Shown: piece after piece, positions 39,934 through 52,195 of the stretch
Layout of the letters: every line of letters starts with the position of its first letter
Numbering within the stretch: position 1 is the stretch's first letter
Source of the DNA: Hyphochytrium catenoides
Taxonomy: Eukaryota > Protista > Hyphochytriomycota
NCBI GenBank assembly: GCA_900088475.1
Contig: FLMG01003675.1
Span: forward strand, 56,028 to 120,027
Direction of reading: 5' to 3'
Length of the DNA stretch: 64,000 nucleotides
The notes under the pieces: model-generated
Seen by the model: the letters and a program-made list of their open reading frames with translations, nothing else
What the model was told of the DNA's origin: nothing
Databases searched by the model: none
Position numbers and translations under genes: made by a program

Positions 39934-40266
39934 AGTGAGAAATAAGCCACCTCTTCCATGTAAGTATTTGTCTACGGGGTTCACATCTGAGAGCCAACGT
40001 ACTAAGCGGGAGGCTGAGGAGCTGAGAAGCGTTGCCGCTTTTGTACTATTAGCCTAAGCTGCTAAGCGATTATGCGCTAAGGAGTTCTTCCAGTCGCAAT
40101 ATTTACCGGTCGTCTTCTCGAATGCTATCTCACATACGAGGCGCATCATCAAAGTTTTGTCACCGTTCCGCTTCTCCCTCCCCATCCGTGCTAGAGTGCG
40201 TTGTCATCTTGAATCTGCTAAAGTGCTAGTAGCTCTTGTGCAGCCCAGACTCCGTATCGTCTGTTA

Positions 40267-40759
40267 TTATTCCTCTTCGTCTTCTGCCTTTCCATTGAAG
40301 CCATGCTTATGGGTAAGAAAGAGTTAAGGGTTCCACAGCGAAATAGTCTACCGACAAGCTGAATATATCAAAGACTCAGACTATTAGCGGATGAGAAGGA
40401 TATTTTTGGAACTGCCAGGCGAACACGATGATGCCGGTGCCTCCGAAAACAGTTAGGAAAGTGCCAATGCCTATCAACAGCGAGTTAGCCACCGCAATAA
40501 ATGTGCATTGAAAGCGGAAGGTAGTGTAACCTTACCTACGAGCTTCTTGCTGAACGGTTTTCCATCAAAGGTGAGATGATGCTGAGATAAGAAGACGCGT
40601 TTAGCACGGTGAAGAGATCAGAAAAACGCCAGTAAAGCTGCAACTCACATCGTGTCCATCGCCTCCAAGACGAGGCTGAGTGCGGCTGACGAAGTTCCGA
40701 GACTGCGTTCTAGGAGCCCCTAAAGGTGCTCTACGAGCAGCGATCCTGAGAGCGTTCAT
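40267..40759 (-). CDS. Small (89 aa) single-TM mitochondrial protein, probable cytochrome c oxidase subunit VIIc (COX7C/yeast Cox8)-like; 4 exons, missed by the ORF track
   Basis: Exons 40759-40649, 40581-40536, 40470-40404 and 40312-40267 give MNALRIAARRAPLGAPRTQSRNFVSRTQPRL (Arg-rich presequence) GGDGHDHHLTFDGKPFSKKLVGIGTFLTVFGGTGIIVFAWQFQNHKHGFNGKAEDEEE*. The family assignment comes from remembered similarity only. Confidence 0.8.
40313..40403 (-). other. U12-type (minor spliceosome) AT-AC intron, 91 nt
   Basis: 5' end ATATCCTTCT (40403-40394); branch sequence CCCTTAAC (40330-40323) about 10-12 nt from the 3' end; terminal AC (40314-40313). Removal restores the frame (AA|C = Asn). Confidence 0.88.
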
Positions 40760-41463
40760 TCTTCTTGATACACTTACGTGATAACCTTGTAGATCTGCAC
40801 CCTTGGAAGCTCAGGAGAAATCTCAACAATAAAAAGCTTCATCTTCCGGACGATGTAATTGATCTCCAGAAGCTGAGCGACAGAGACGCCGGTAGAGGAC
40901 CAATAACTCCGCCTTTATGTACCTAGGAAAATGGTATTGAGGAAGGCAAGAGGCTTATACGAGCAGCGACATAAATACGGAGTTCTGGCTAGGAAATGAC
41001 TGGCTTCATCAACTGGGCGGCTAACGGCTAACATGGCGGCGTACAACACTACAACAAACAACAATTAAACATACAGGGACGCACATCTCTTTGCTGTTCC
41101 AATAGACAGAGCCAAGCGAGGAATATGTGAATCATAAATAAGAATTCAATTCTCGCCAGGATAACCAAAATATGACCGTGATGATCAGGGATAACCTCCG
41201 GTCTTCGCTCCAGCAAATGTTGGATTCTGATGGATTGCTTGATGATGATTTATCTTGATGCGATGCTGCTCTGGACAAACAGAAGTGCATGAGCGGGCCG
41301 AGACCTCGCGGATCAAGAGCTTCAGAGAGCTTCAGATGTCAACTAACAGAGCTCATAGGCTGCCCTACGCTTTATCTTGGGCATCCGCTGCAAGGTTCAA
41401 GTACTTGTGAGGCTGGAAGCCTGGACGAAGGAGGCGCAGCTTCTTCGGAAATCGCTTGTAAAG

Positions 41464-44400
41464 ATGGTAGAGCACCCCAAAGTTATTATCGGCTGGGACA
41501 GCACTTCTGTGGTAGACTTGAACCAGCACCTCTCAACGGTAAGAATAACTTACATCAGCCATAGCCATCATGAATGGTAGCAGTCCTCCTGAGCTTCTCT
41601 GCCTCAACAGGCCCTTCAGCAGAAGTGCGACTTTATCTGCGCGCCCCTATTCCACCCTCGGTAGGTTTTTATGTCTCCTCGTATCTATGTCTAATAGTTC
41701 CTAACTTTATTCGTAGCTATCGCCGTGATGAAGCCGGAGTTTCTAGACAGCGAGAAACACCTCAGACTCGTAAGTCTGCTCATATGCTTGCCCTAGATGA
41801 CCTCTCGCCCTGGCTGCCCTAGAGGTGTCCGGTTTCTCCTGCAATTGCTCATGTCTACGACTGTCTAGGGTCCGACATGGTCACAGACAGCCAGACATGG
41901 ACCACGATGGTGGTTGGAACTGTCTCGGAATGGATCGACATGGACTCACCTTGCAGGAAACTGCGGCAAGATAGTGAATCGGTTGGAAAACGACAGCCCT
42001 GCTTTCGTCTTTTATCCGCTGTAGTGTTAACCAATTCTGACCTATTCAGGCCCTGCTAGCTCCTTCTAACGCTTACCTATTACAGGCCCTTAAACAAGAA
42101 ATTGCCTGGGCATCCCACCTCAGTGTCCCTGCTGTCATGTTGCCTACTCCCAACTATTCCGGTGCAAACTACGCTAGAACCTTGCTTCAGCTAGCAAATG
42201 ATGCAAGCTACATCCAGGTTAGACTGGATAAGTAGTAACGGTGGCGAGGTTGGTGAAGGAGTGGCCCACACTGTGGGACAGAGATAGTGAGCAGCGCCAC
42301 TGGCCGAGTAATTTGGGGGCGGTGCTTCTGATGATGGAAGGAGACTTAGGAGAACCAATTGGTGAATGCAATGCGCTGAAGCGGGGCCGATCGCAGGCTG
42401 TGTTAGATAGAAAAGTAAAGCTCGCTTACATGGTTTATTTAGTTCCAATACGTTTTGTCTTCCCGTCTTCCGACAGTTCTGGGTGAAGATACCAACAAAG
42501 TGGCCAGAAGGGGTCGACGAGGATACCGTCCGTATCGTTGCCACTCGAAGACGGAGCGAGCACCGGTTGGAACAGCATGCTAGAAGAAGTCCGTGGGAGG
42601 TCTGGAACAGACTGCGGACTTTGGCGGACACTGCCTCCTCCATCAGTGTGGCCCTCGAGCTAACGGCGGATCTTCCTTCGGCTGCGGAGATGAAGAGGTG
42701 GATGGGAGAGCCAGTCAAGGTAAACAGCAGCGTTGACGTCTCTTAACCACGCTGCGGAGTAGGGCTCCTCAATGCCCTTAGATGTCCTGATTTACTCTTT
42801 CGTTTACGTGCTGCTCTAGAATGTCCAATCTTTTCCCCCTATCTCCCCGCATTTTTAGGATGACGAAAGCTAGCCTTCCTTAATCAACCTCTCTCCCTGG
42901 TCTATCTATTCCTTTGCTGCAGGCTGTGATTCTACCTGTTTCAATTTTTCTGACAAACGCCAAGGGATATCCCACCCTTTCCCCGGCACATCAGGCCATC
43001 GTGATAGAGTTTATGAAGGTTTGGTACAACAGCTCAATCAGAAATTTTCTTCCTCCAAACACAAAGGCATTCCCCTCCCAAACATAGAGGCATTCTCCTC
43101 CAGGAAGTTGCTTTCTCTTCCCTCCCTTTCCCTCTTGATCCTCTAGTTGTTTGCCTGTATCTTCTTCGCTTTTGACCCATGTAAGAAGGGTTGTGAGTCA
43201 CCTAACCCATTCCCCTTCATGATTAGCTTCTCAGGTACCTTCTATAAACTGACCTATGCATGCCTCCTTCGTCACTGTCTGTACAATCTCCTGCTCACAG
43301 TACAAACCCCAACTCATCATAAAGGGCGTTAGCCAGTATGATAAGGGTGTACTTTTCTACGTTCAATACTTAGAGTACCTTAGCACTAAGCGCCCACCGA
43401 TCACGAAGAAGGACCAGTACGAGAAGCCCTACCTAGATTACCTGCAGGCTCCCCTCCAGCCCCTAATGGATAATCTAGAAAGCCAGACCTATGAGACGTT
43501 TGAAAGGGATCCCGTGAAGTATGAGCAATACGAGGCTGCGGTGACAGCAGCTCTGATGGATACGCCAGAAGAGAAGACCACGGTACTCATGGTGGTAAGT
43601 GCGGCTGTTCAGAGTCATGGAGTTAACTTTCATCACCAGTGGCCTTCCATCCTGAGTCTACTTGGCTAGTACCGAGGACCTCAGAGTCCCCCTTGTTCTG
43701 GCTTACTAGCAGTTCAGATATTCGTTCACTGATATCCTGACCAACGGCTTGTTAAGCAACTCATACTCTAAAATATAGGTCGGAGCCGGTCGTGGACCCC
43801 TAGTAAGAGCTTCTTTGCGTGCCGCCTCGTCGGCAGACAGAAAGATTCGCGTGTATGCAGTGGAAAAGAACCCGAACGCTGTCATAACGTGAGGTTATTT
43901 AACCCTTGATCCTCTAGTAAACACTCTTATTGAGGACTTTTTGACTTGACAGCCTCCGCAACATGAAGATTACAGAGTTGTGGGGAGACACGGTTACCAT
44001 CGTGGCTTCCGATATGAGAACCTGGGTAGCTCCTGAGAAGGTAAGATCGACCTACCACACTTTTCGCCACACTAAAAATCCTTGTGCCTGTTTCCACTTT
44101 TCGTGCCTCGTGAAAGTTTCTGATGTTTATCATTTTGAGTATCTGCTTTGCCGTGAAGGTCTCTAACTCACTCTATGCCATAGGCCGACATCTTGGTTAG
44201 CGAGCTGCTGGGTTCATGGGGAGACAATGAACTCTCTCCAGAATGCCTCGATGGCGCGCAGAAATTTTTGAAGCCTGATGGCATTAGCATCCCAAAGCGC
44301 TACACGTCCTTCGTGTGTCCCATCATGTCCTCAAAACTCTGGAACGATGTAAAGGTACGGTGAATGACATCAATAAGGTTTACATCCAGATTCTAGCTAC

Positions 44401-45141
44401 GAAGAGCCTGTATTGTTTCTAAAGAGTATCACAACGTCTGTGGGATTAATAGGGCTCCTGCCTATCTAGAGCTCTCGTCACCACGAGCTTCTATTTCTCT
44501 TTAGTGTGACATAGTCTGACCCATTGAAATGGAGATGGTGGGTCCCAAAGGCCAGCATCACCAAGACCTAGTATCATCTCCTATGTAGATCAAACCCTTC
44601 GCTACATTGTTTTTAAGCTTGTGTTCGCCCTTCGCTGTTTATGGCATAACTGGTTCCTTCCTGACCCATTTGATGTGCTGTCTAGGCCTACAAAGATCTC
44701 AAGCATTTCGAGACTCCCTACGTCGTTCGGCTGCACAATATCTTTCAACTGGCCGAGCCCCAGGCTTGTTTCACCTTTGAGCATCCGAACTGGAGCGAGA
44801 GAATAGACAACAGACGCCACCTTGCACTTTCTTTTGTTTCACAAGAGAGCGGAGTGGTGCACGGACTAGCTGGTTACTTTGATGCCCAGCTCTATGGCGA
44901 ACATGACATCAGCATCGTTCCCGCCACGCACTCGAGAGGAATGTTTAGCTGGTTTCCTCTATATATACCTATTCAGAGTCCTCTTTATGTCAAGGAAGGG
45001 GAGAGAGTGGAAGTCTTCGTTTGGAGAATGGTTAGCGAAGAGCGCCGGAAGGTATGGTACGAGTGGGCTGTCGAGGTGGAGGGAGGTCAGGCTGGGCCAA
45101 TTCATAATCCTGGAGGACGGTCTTATTGGATTGGGTTATAA
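41464..45141 (+). CDS. PRMT5: Protein arginine N-methyltransferase 5, multi-exon
   Basis: [140 protein letters not shown]. Confidence 0.97.
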
Positions 45142-45493
45142 CATTAGAAGGGTATATCCGGTCAATACATCGATATAAAAGGATAACCCCTTTTCCAAAC
45201 CCGCTTGTCGTCGGCGTTCGGCGGTTAAGCTACGGGTCCCTACAGGTCCAGGTTCTTCCCAGTCCGCGTCTCTGTCTCACCCTTGACGGTGGTTTATGCT
45301 CCACCACCGCCGTTACGGCCATCATTTATGTTCCTACATCCTGTAGGCTCATTGGGGGTCGATGACCCCTTCTTGCCCAAAGTTATTGGCTATGTGCCCA
45401 ACTCCTTACTTTAGATCTCGCTTGGGCGACACTACAGCCTGGAGAAAGTGTTATCTTAGCATTAGTGCGTACGATTCTTTTTCCTGGACCTCC

Positions 45494-48400
45494 CTATATC
45501 TGTCTTTTGTTGGCTCCTTTCCCCATCTTGAGTTGCTGCTTTGCCAGCTCCTGCACCCCAGAAGCCGAAAGCAGGTGCTTGAGCAGGTCGCGGGCTTCAC
45601 TGTCCATGCTCGTTATAACCTCACATAGCAAAGGGAACAACTGCAGGACGATATACGTTCCCACTTCCGCGCTTTCCGCTCTCTGTAGGACGTCCAACAG
45701 ATGGCTCAATACACGGACAAGACGGTGCTTGGGCAGCTCCAGGCCTGAAGGATCGAGGTCGGCCTCGCCGCCAGCTCTGGCTATTTCCTGGTGTGATTCT
45801 TCATTGAGGAAGGCCGAGATGCTGGTCGAGACGCATACAAGAAGCTGATTGGAAGCAGCCTGGGCGAAGCTCTCTTTGAATCGAGAGTTGTATGAGATCT
45901 GAAACAAACGCCTGAGGCACAAGTCGGAGCATTGCTTCCGTTGCGTAGGATCAATTCTCGCTGATGTCTCCGCTCCTCTCGGGACTCCCGACGCTTCAGC
46001 AAGGAATTCAACGACTCTATGTTGTACATCCGGTGGCACTTCTACCTTTTCATTCACAAGCCCTAAGTTGTCAATCAGCTGTTCTATGACCCAAACATCC
46101 CACTCTGGTGGTAGGCTGACAAGGCCGCTGGGCTTCAGTTCTGCCAAGTAGCAAGAACCCAGGATAAAGCAATCTATGGCCTATTAGAGGAGGTTCAGTC
46201 GGAGGCAAAGGCAAAGGTCAATGTAGGCCGTAGCAAAAGAGGGAATATGAGCTGGTCACAATGTCCTGCTGTGTGATGTAGATTAAGTAGGGAAGATAGA
46301 AGTTTTATAGTCGAAGTAAGGGCATATTTAGAGAATCAGAGCCATCGAAAATGCAAAAGCGAAGCATTTCACTGCAGAAAGAGATCTATAGACTCACCTT
46401 GACTATTGATAGAAGTACATCTGCGAGCTCTTTGCTGTTCAAAGACGCAGCTTCTGCGGTCAAAGGCGGCAAACCCACCCTCATCATGTGCACTAGGACT
46501 TCAATGCTACTGGAGTTCTCCCCATTATTGTCGGATTCGAAGGGCACCAGCGAAGAAGCTAACGGACCCAGGACCTGCACTCGGCAGGGCTCAGGAGTTT
46601 GCTCTGAGAAGGATAGGAGAAGTGCACGATTGACATCGCGGGAAAATTGTGCAGAAACACCTGGCTGCGCTTTAACCGCTAGCAGATGTTTGAACGCCTT
46701 GACCCACAGCTCTGGCCCACAAATTGAGGGGGAGAGGTCACGATAGAATTGAAGTGCCTCTTTCTGTATCGCCGTAACGCTGGGAGTGAACCTAGCTGAG
46801 CCTCCTGTCTTATGCTGGCCGTTGCTACTCGTTACGAGTCTGAAGAGGAGGTCCAAAAGAGTATTCATTGTCTCGGTGTTGCTAAACTCATTGAGCTTTG
46901 ATGTGCAGTAGAGCGCTGAAAGAGATCGAACAAGAGCAGCCCTCACTTCTACATCGTCATGGGACTCCAGCTCAGGAGCCACACTCTCGAAAGCTCTCCA
47001 AGTCTTTTGCCACAGTGGAAGGCTTCCACATTCATTTAACTCTTGTGGCTTCACGTCTCTATTACCTCCTGTGTCAGTGGTACTTTCAGAGTTGGCGACT
47101 GTTAGCGCCCCATCCACCACTTTCATTCCGACCGCTGCCCTGGAAGTTTGAGTCTGGGGAACACCTTCTACTGAGACCAGTTGAGCTAAGGTCTGCAAGC
47201 CAGATATACCTGAAATGGCTACTTCTTTCCTTGTGCCAGCTCCTGCAATGGCTCGCTTGCAAATGCTAATTGCCGAGTTCCACGCCGTTTCAAACCATTC
47301 TTGTTTCTGCAGAGCTTTCGTGAAGGCACGGAGTGTGCGAACTACACCTTGAATGCCGAGGACACGTGTTTCACTCCACTGCTTCTCCGCACTATCACGA
47401 CTGTGATGAACCAACATCTTTCCCCCGCCACTCTTACTGCCACTTGCCTTGCCACCCTCCTTTTCCTCCTGTATAGCGGCACTGGCAGTTACCTCAATCC
47501 GCTCGAGGAGCGGGAAGAAGACATTGAGGAAGAACCTCTGCCACTGAGCCGCTTGAAATTGTCCTCCGAGAGCGCAGGCTGTAGAAATGAGGGTATTAAG
47601 CGCACAATTCCTCACCTCTGGCCTTCCATCTAGGGACAGTCGCTGAAGCTCATCGAAGAGCTTTAACCATACATCTTCGACATTTGCTGTAGGGCCTCCA
47701 GTACCCTCCTTAGCCTTACTGTTGAGGAAGTCCGCAGAAGCCCAAAGCATATTGATAGCAGTAAGGCAAACATTAATATCTTCCTCTTGCCCTCCATAGC
47801 TGCCCACACACTCAAGGCAGAGATTGACGTCTTTTGAGGGAATGGTAGGCAGGAAGTCATCAACAATGAGCTGTACGCTCAAGAAGCCAGCTTTGACTCG
47901 TGACCCAGCGCTTCCCAGGCGTTTGCTTCCTCCTGCTGAGCTTGTCCCTGTGGAACCGGCATGCTCCACATTCTCACTGTTGATACCATCTGGTGCTGTG
48001 TTATTTGAGAGATCTGCCTCAGCGCTGCGAGATGGCGAGGCATGTAGAGCAACCTGCTTCAGCACACGAAAGACAATGGGCCACCCGATGTTCAATAGAT
48101 GGCCGCAGGATTGAAGAAAAGTATTAAGGCCCAGCAGAGTATTCTCCTGAACGTCAGAGCAGGAAGATGAGATGAACTTCTCCATCGGATACAGAAGTTG
48201 GTCCTGGAAGGAAGCAGGAACAGCATAGCTTGAAGAGTCTTTAGTGCTAACTGGCCCCGATGAGGAGCCTGACGAGGTCGATGGGACATAGGTCATTGCT
48301 GCAATCAGGAGCTGTGCGAAGGAGTCTGTGACGTATTGCCGAATGGTTGACTCCTTATGGTCCATGATAAGCCCGAAATGATCCGCCACTGTCGGCCAGA

Positions 48401-51397
48401 CAAGACCAATCCGGAAGATGTTGAGCCGAGAAATCTCCACCAGTTTCCTCAAGGCAAAGGGAGGAGAACGCGGTAGGGCCCTAGGTTGACCAAACATCAT
48501 AGACGGCTCGATAGTGAGATAGGTCGGAGTCTTCCAACTGGCGGAAGCGCCCGAGGCGCCAAGCATTGGCTTTGCGGTATTTGCCTTCTTACGCACATCT
48601 CGAGCTGCGGCTGCCGCCGCTGCTGCTGCAACCGCTGCGGCCTCATTAATAGGATTAGCAAGTGTCTGTGGGAGGGAAGAGGCAGACCACTGGATAGCCT
48701 GTATCTCAGTCTGCCCTTTCACTAACTGTGGCGCCTGAATATTTTTTATAACCTTCGATTTTGGGGAGTACTTCTCGATGTAGAGCTCACCAACAACCCC
48801 TAGACTGAAGGCAGAATATCCAGCCAGTGCCAAGGCGCCTTGAACCAGTGCTACATCCGACCAGTTGCGGCTCATCTCGAACAAAAGACGAGCAGACGCA
48901 GCAACCGACGCAAGTTCCCTATCCAGGTCCATTCCGCCTTGACTCTGGGACTGAGCAATAAGAGTTTTAGATAGAGAGAGTGCTTCAAACTCGTCAAGCG
49001 TCTCCAGGACACATCCCCAGGCATTACCGACGTTATAGTCCAGGCCTTTGATAATATCTAGAACGATCCTAAAGCACTGCGTGCTCTTCCACAGGGAAGA
49101 TGGACTAGTCTTGAATCCACTGGGACCTCTAATAGAAAGCGCGAAGCCACAGAGATAGCGAAGTAGCGTGTCTCTAAGTCCCTCTAGTCCAAGGTGACCG
49201 CAAGCAAGCCCAATGGAAAGCGAGGCCCTTAGAATAAGGTCCACAAGATATTGAGAGCTTTCGCAATAGGTTAACACGGCGCAGATCCCGCCCATGATTG
49301 GTTGGAAAATCACCTCCACCATAGTCATTAGGGGACCACAGCTGCTGCTGCTCACGGCGACAACAAATTTACTGGCTGCCTCCATTCCTTCGGCGAGAGA
49401 TAGTAGACATTGTACAGCCTGTCTGAAAGCACCATGGACATCTGGGACAGTGTGCTCCGGGTCGGCACTGAGAAGGGTGTCCAATGGCCTAGCTGGAGGT
49501 GTACCACTCTGGGCAAGCCCCAAGCCTTTCTGGGCTGTCTTCTGAACGTAGTCAACAATGGAGATTACTAAAGCGGTGACCAAGTCAGGTTTCGCCGGCT
49601 CGCTGTCGTAGCTACTAAACAGGGTCTGGAGTAGGTCGAATTTAGAACAGAGACGGAAGACTGTGTCCACTGTAAGTACCACCCGCCACTCGCTGACTGC
49701 AGCCTCTGCTCCACGGCTACTGCTGGAAGGAGTGAGAGGTTTCGCTCGGCTCGCGCTTGAGGACTTCTCCATCGTTGAAACGGATAGGGAAGAGCCTCCC
49801 GGCCCTATGTCCGATTTCCTTTCAGCCTCTTCTTTCTTAGAGAGCGTATTGATTAGGATTGCAAAAAGAGACTCGGCATGCTGGATGATGAGGTCCCCAA
49901 AGCCTGTTAGGACGGTTGAGGCAAGCTTGAACAACCGAAGTACGATACCTAGCTCCTGCTCCCATTCGAGAGTCGCCACTAGTAGTGGACAGATCTAGTG
50001 ACAGATAGCGGTAGTTAAGAAGAAGCAATGAGTGGAGACCGTGAAGACATGGAAGAAGAGGCTTAGCACCTACCTGTTGCTGCAGGAGCTCGGCAAAGGG
50101 CCTACTTCGGCGGAAGAGTTCCGGCTGCTTAGCCAAGATCGTGTCCAGCAATTCCAGGCCCAGTTCCTTGGAGATCATCACCTTCTTCAGCCAACTCGGA
50201 GGCAACCCTCGACTTTGCAGACAGAGATCCTATAATAGCGTGTGAGCAACGGCTATGTTCTCCTCTCCGCGTTAATTTGTTTTGTCCAAGGCCTCCCATG
50301 GTGACGGCCCGCCAAGTGTTCACGTCGTTTAGGGACTTCGCTTTAGAAACCTCGAACTCATCCTCTATACCTGAACCCTCGTTTCTTGCTCCCATATCTC
50401 TTAAGGCTATTTTTTTGTTTACCTGGAAAAGCAGATAAGCACTTCGGCTTGACCCTTCGAGGTTATCCGGATCAACTGTTCCCGAATAGCCAATATCCGC
50501 TGAGGTTAACCCTTCTGCTTTGGGAATGTTTGTTTGAGAGTTTGTCTCTCTTGACAGTTGTACTCGATCGTACAGGATCGTGATGACTTGGCTCAACGTG
50601 GCTGCGGCGGAGTTGTGGATTATCGCCTTGGGCATCATGTGCAGTCGGAAGCAAATCTGTTTGAAGCAATCATTGAGTCCTGTGTTGAGGCAAGGGAATT
50701 GATGAACGCTACAAACAACAATGAGACCCCATGAGCAAAGAAGCGAGGGGGACCAATATGGGTCCTGAACTATCCACGACTTCTAGCTAAAGTATGTTTA
50801 CCTCCAGTGATTGAGACAAGACGTCGTCATCTATGTCGAGTTTCTGATTGGTGGTCATCAAAAGCACCAGTGTTTGCATGACCTTCAGCTGAATGTCACT
50901 GCTTGCGCTTTCGCTCTGGATCACAAGAATACGGACGATGCTGGCGATATCTTCGGGACCAGTATTGTTAGCTGTAATCAACCTTTGAATGCCCCTGGCG
51001 AAGATAAGCAGACTGTCAGGAAACACGGCGCGAGGAGCGATACACAGGACTGGAGGACACCTAAACTCACCCCAGCGAAAGATTAACCACCTTCGAGCTG
51101 GCATCTCCGTGGTTGGCCGCCAAAAGAAACGGGCGGAGAACCTCCGGAGACTTGAACATGTTTACTGAAGGGGCGTGCTCCACACTGAGGGTACAGATGG
51201 AGCTAGAGTTAGCTGATTGGAAAAAGGGGCGTGTTCATTCGACACTGAACTCACCTTAGAGCTTTGGCATATGCTTCTCTCATTGACTTAAGTTTCAGCA
51301 TGGCCTGGTCGCATGAATCTTTCACCTCTGGGTACTTGCGTTTCGACTCGGACGCCAAGGTCTTGAGATCGTCCTCCACCACTCGAAGAAAGTCCAT
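45494..51397 (-). CDS. MON2: MON2 (Sec7-family-related endosome/Golgi scaffold; DCB, HUS, HDS domains), multi-exon
   Basis: Start MDFLRVVEDDLKTLASESKRKYPEVKD, EVLRPFLLA, IQLKVMQTL, IHNSAAATLSQVI, AYLLFQDLC, GFLSVQLIVDDFL, YGGQEEDINVCLTAINMLW, DGRPEVRNCA, MLVHHSRDSAEKQWSETRVL. Confidence 0.93.
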
Positions 51398-52195
51398 GGT
51401 AGCGACGCCAAGGGGTCTCCTGCTATCACTGAGACCTGCTCCGCCTTGGTACGCAAGGATTGCAGCCTAGGCTGGCTTTGCGCTTTTTAGATTACTCGCG
51501 TCCCATGATCGCAGGAATAGCCACCAAACTTGAGGCCCAGAGGACTACAATCTACAACCGCTCTACCTCCAATCCAGAAAACCTCCCAGGCCCAGCTTTA
51601 ACATGCAGCTTGAAGGAGCTTGATGCTAATTTCCGGAGAACAGCAAACACAATGAATGGCAAGTATCCGTTCTGTGGGATCAGACCGAGCAGGAGAGAGA
51701 TTGATAACGATTCTTCTTGCTGGCGGAGCTTCATGAGACATTGTAATGCGGAGATCCTGCCGCCTTGTAACACCCGCCCAGCAGCATAATAAGACGGGAG
51801 ATCCCCATTCCAGAAATCTACGATTTCGAAGCGCACAGCTCTATTGTTTTGTAAAGAACAAATGTCGTAGAAATTGCCTCAATAGCTTTCTGTGCCGCAG
51901 TACATTTGACGCATTTGAAGACGTATATTACGCGTTCTTGGATGTTGACCTGGGGGAGGACAGAGATGGTTTTTAGAATCTTTGCGAGGATTCTGACCTT
52001 CTGATCGCGGTTGTTACTGCCGCGGCGCGGCGCGCTGCTGCTGGGATAGCGCAGTAGAGACAGGAGGTTGGTCCGCAAGTAGAGAGCGATCAGAACATCT
52101 TTAGCCCTCCAGATATAAAGCTTCCTTCTCCAGCTGCAACGGTGACCTCACAGCTTTATTAGAGGCAGGTCCTCCTCTCTCAGATATAAAAAGGA

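Noticed and set aside
40778-40922. Apparent upstream exon (LLEINYIVRKMKLFIVEISPEL...) or TGA-containing frames upstream of the COX7C-like gene
   Set aside because: ATG 40759 gives a clean mitochondrial presequence without it, and there is no selenoprotein-like context or recognisable SECIS.
51460-52078. ORFs of 76-109 aa between MON2 and CNX1
   Set aside because: No recognisable domain, and they overlap on both strands within a probable bidirectional promoter.
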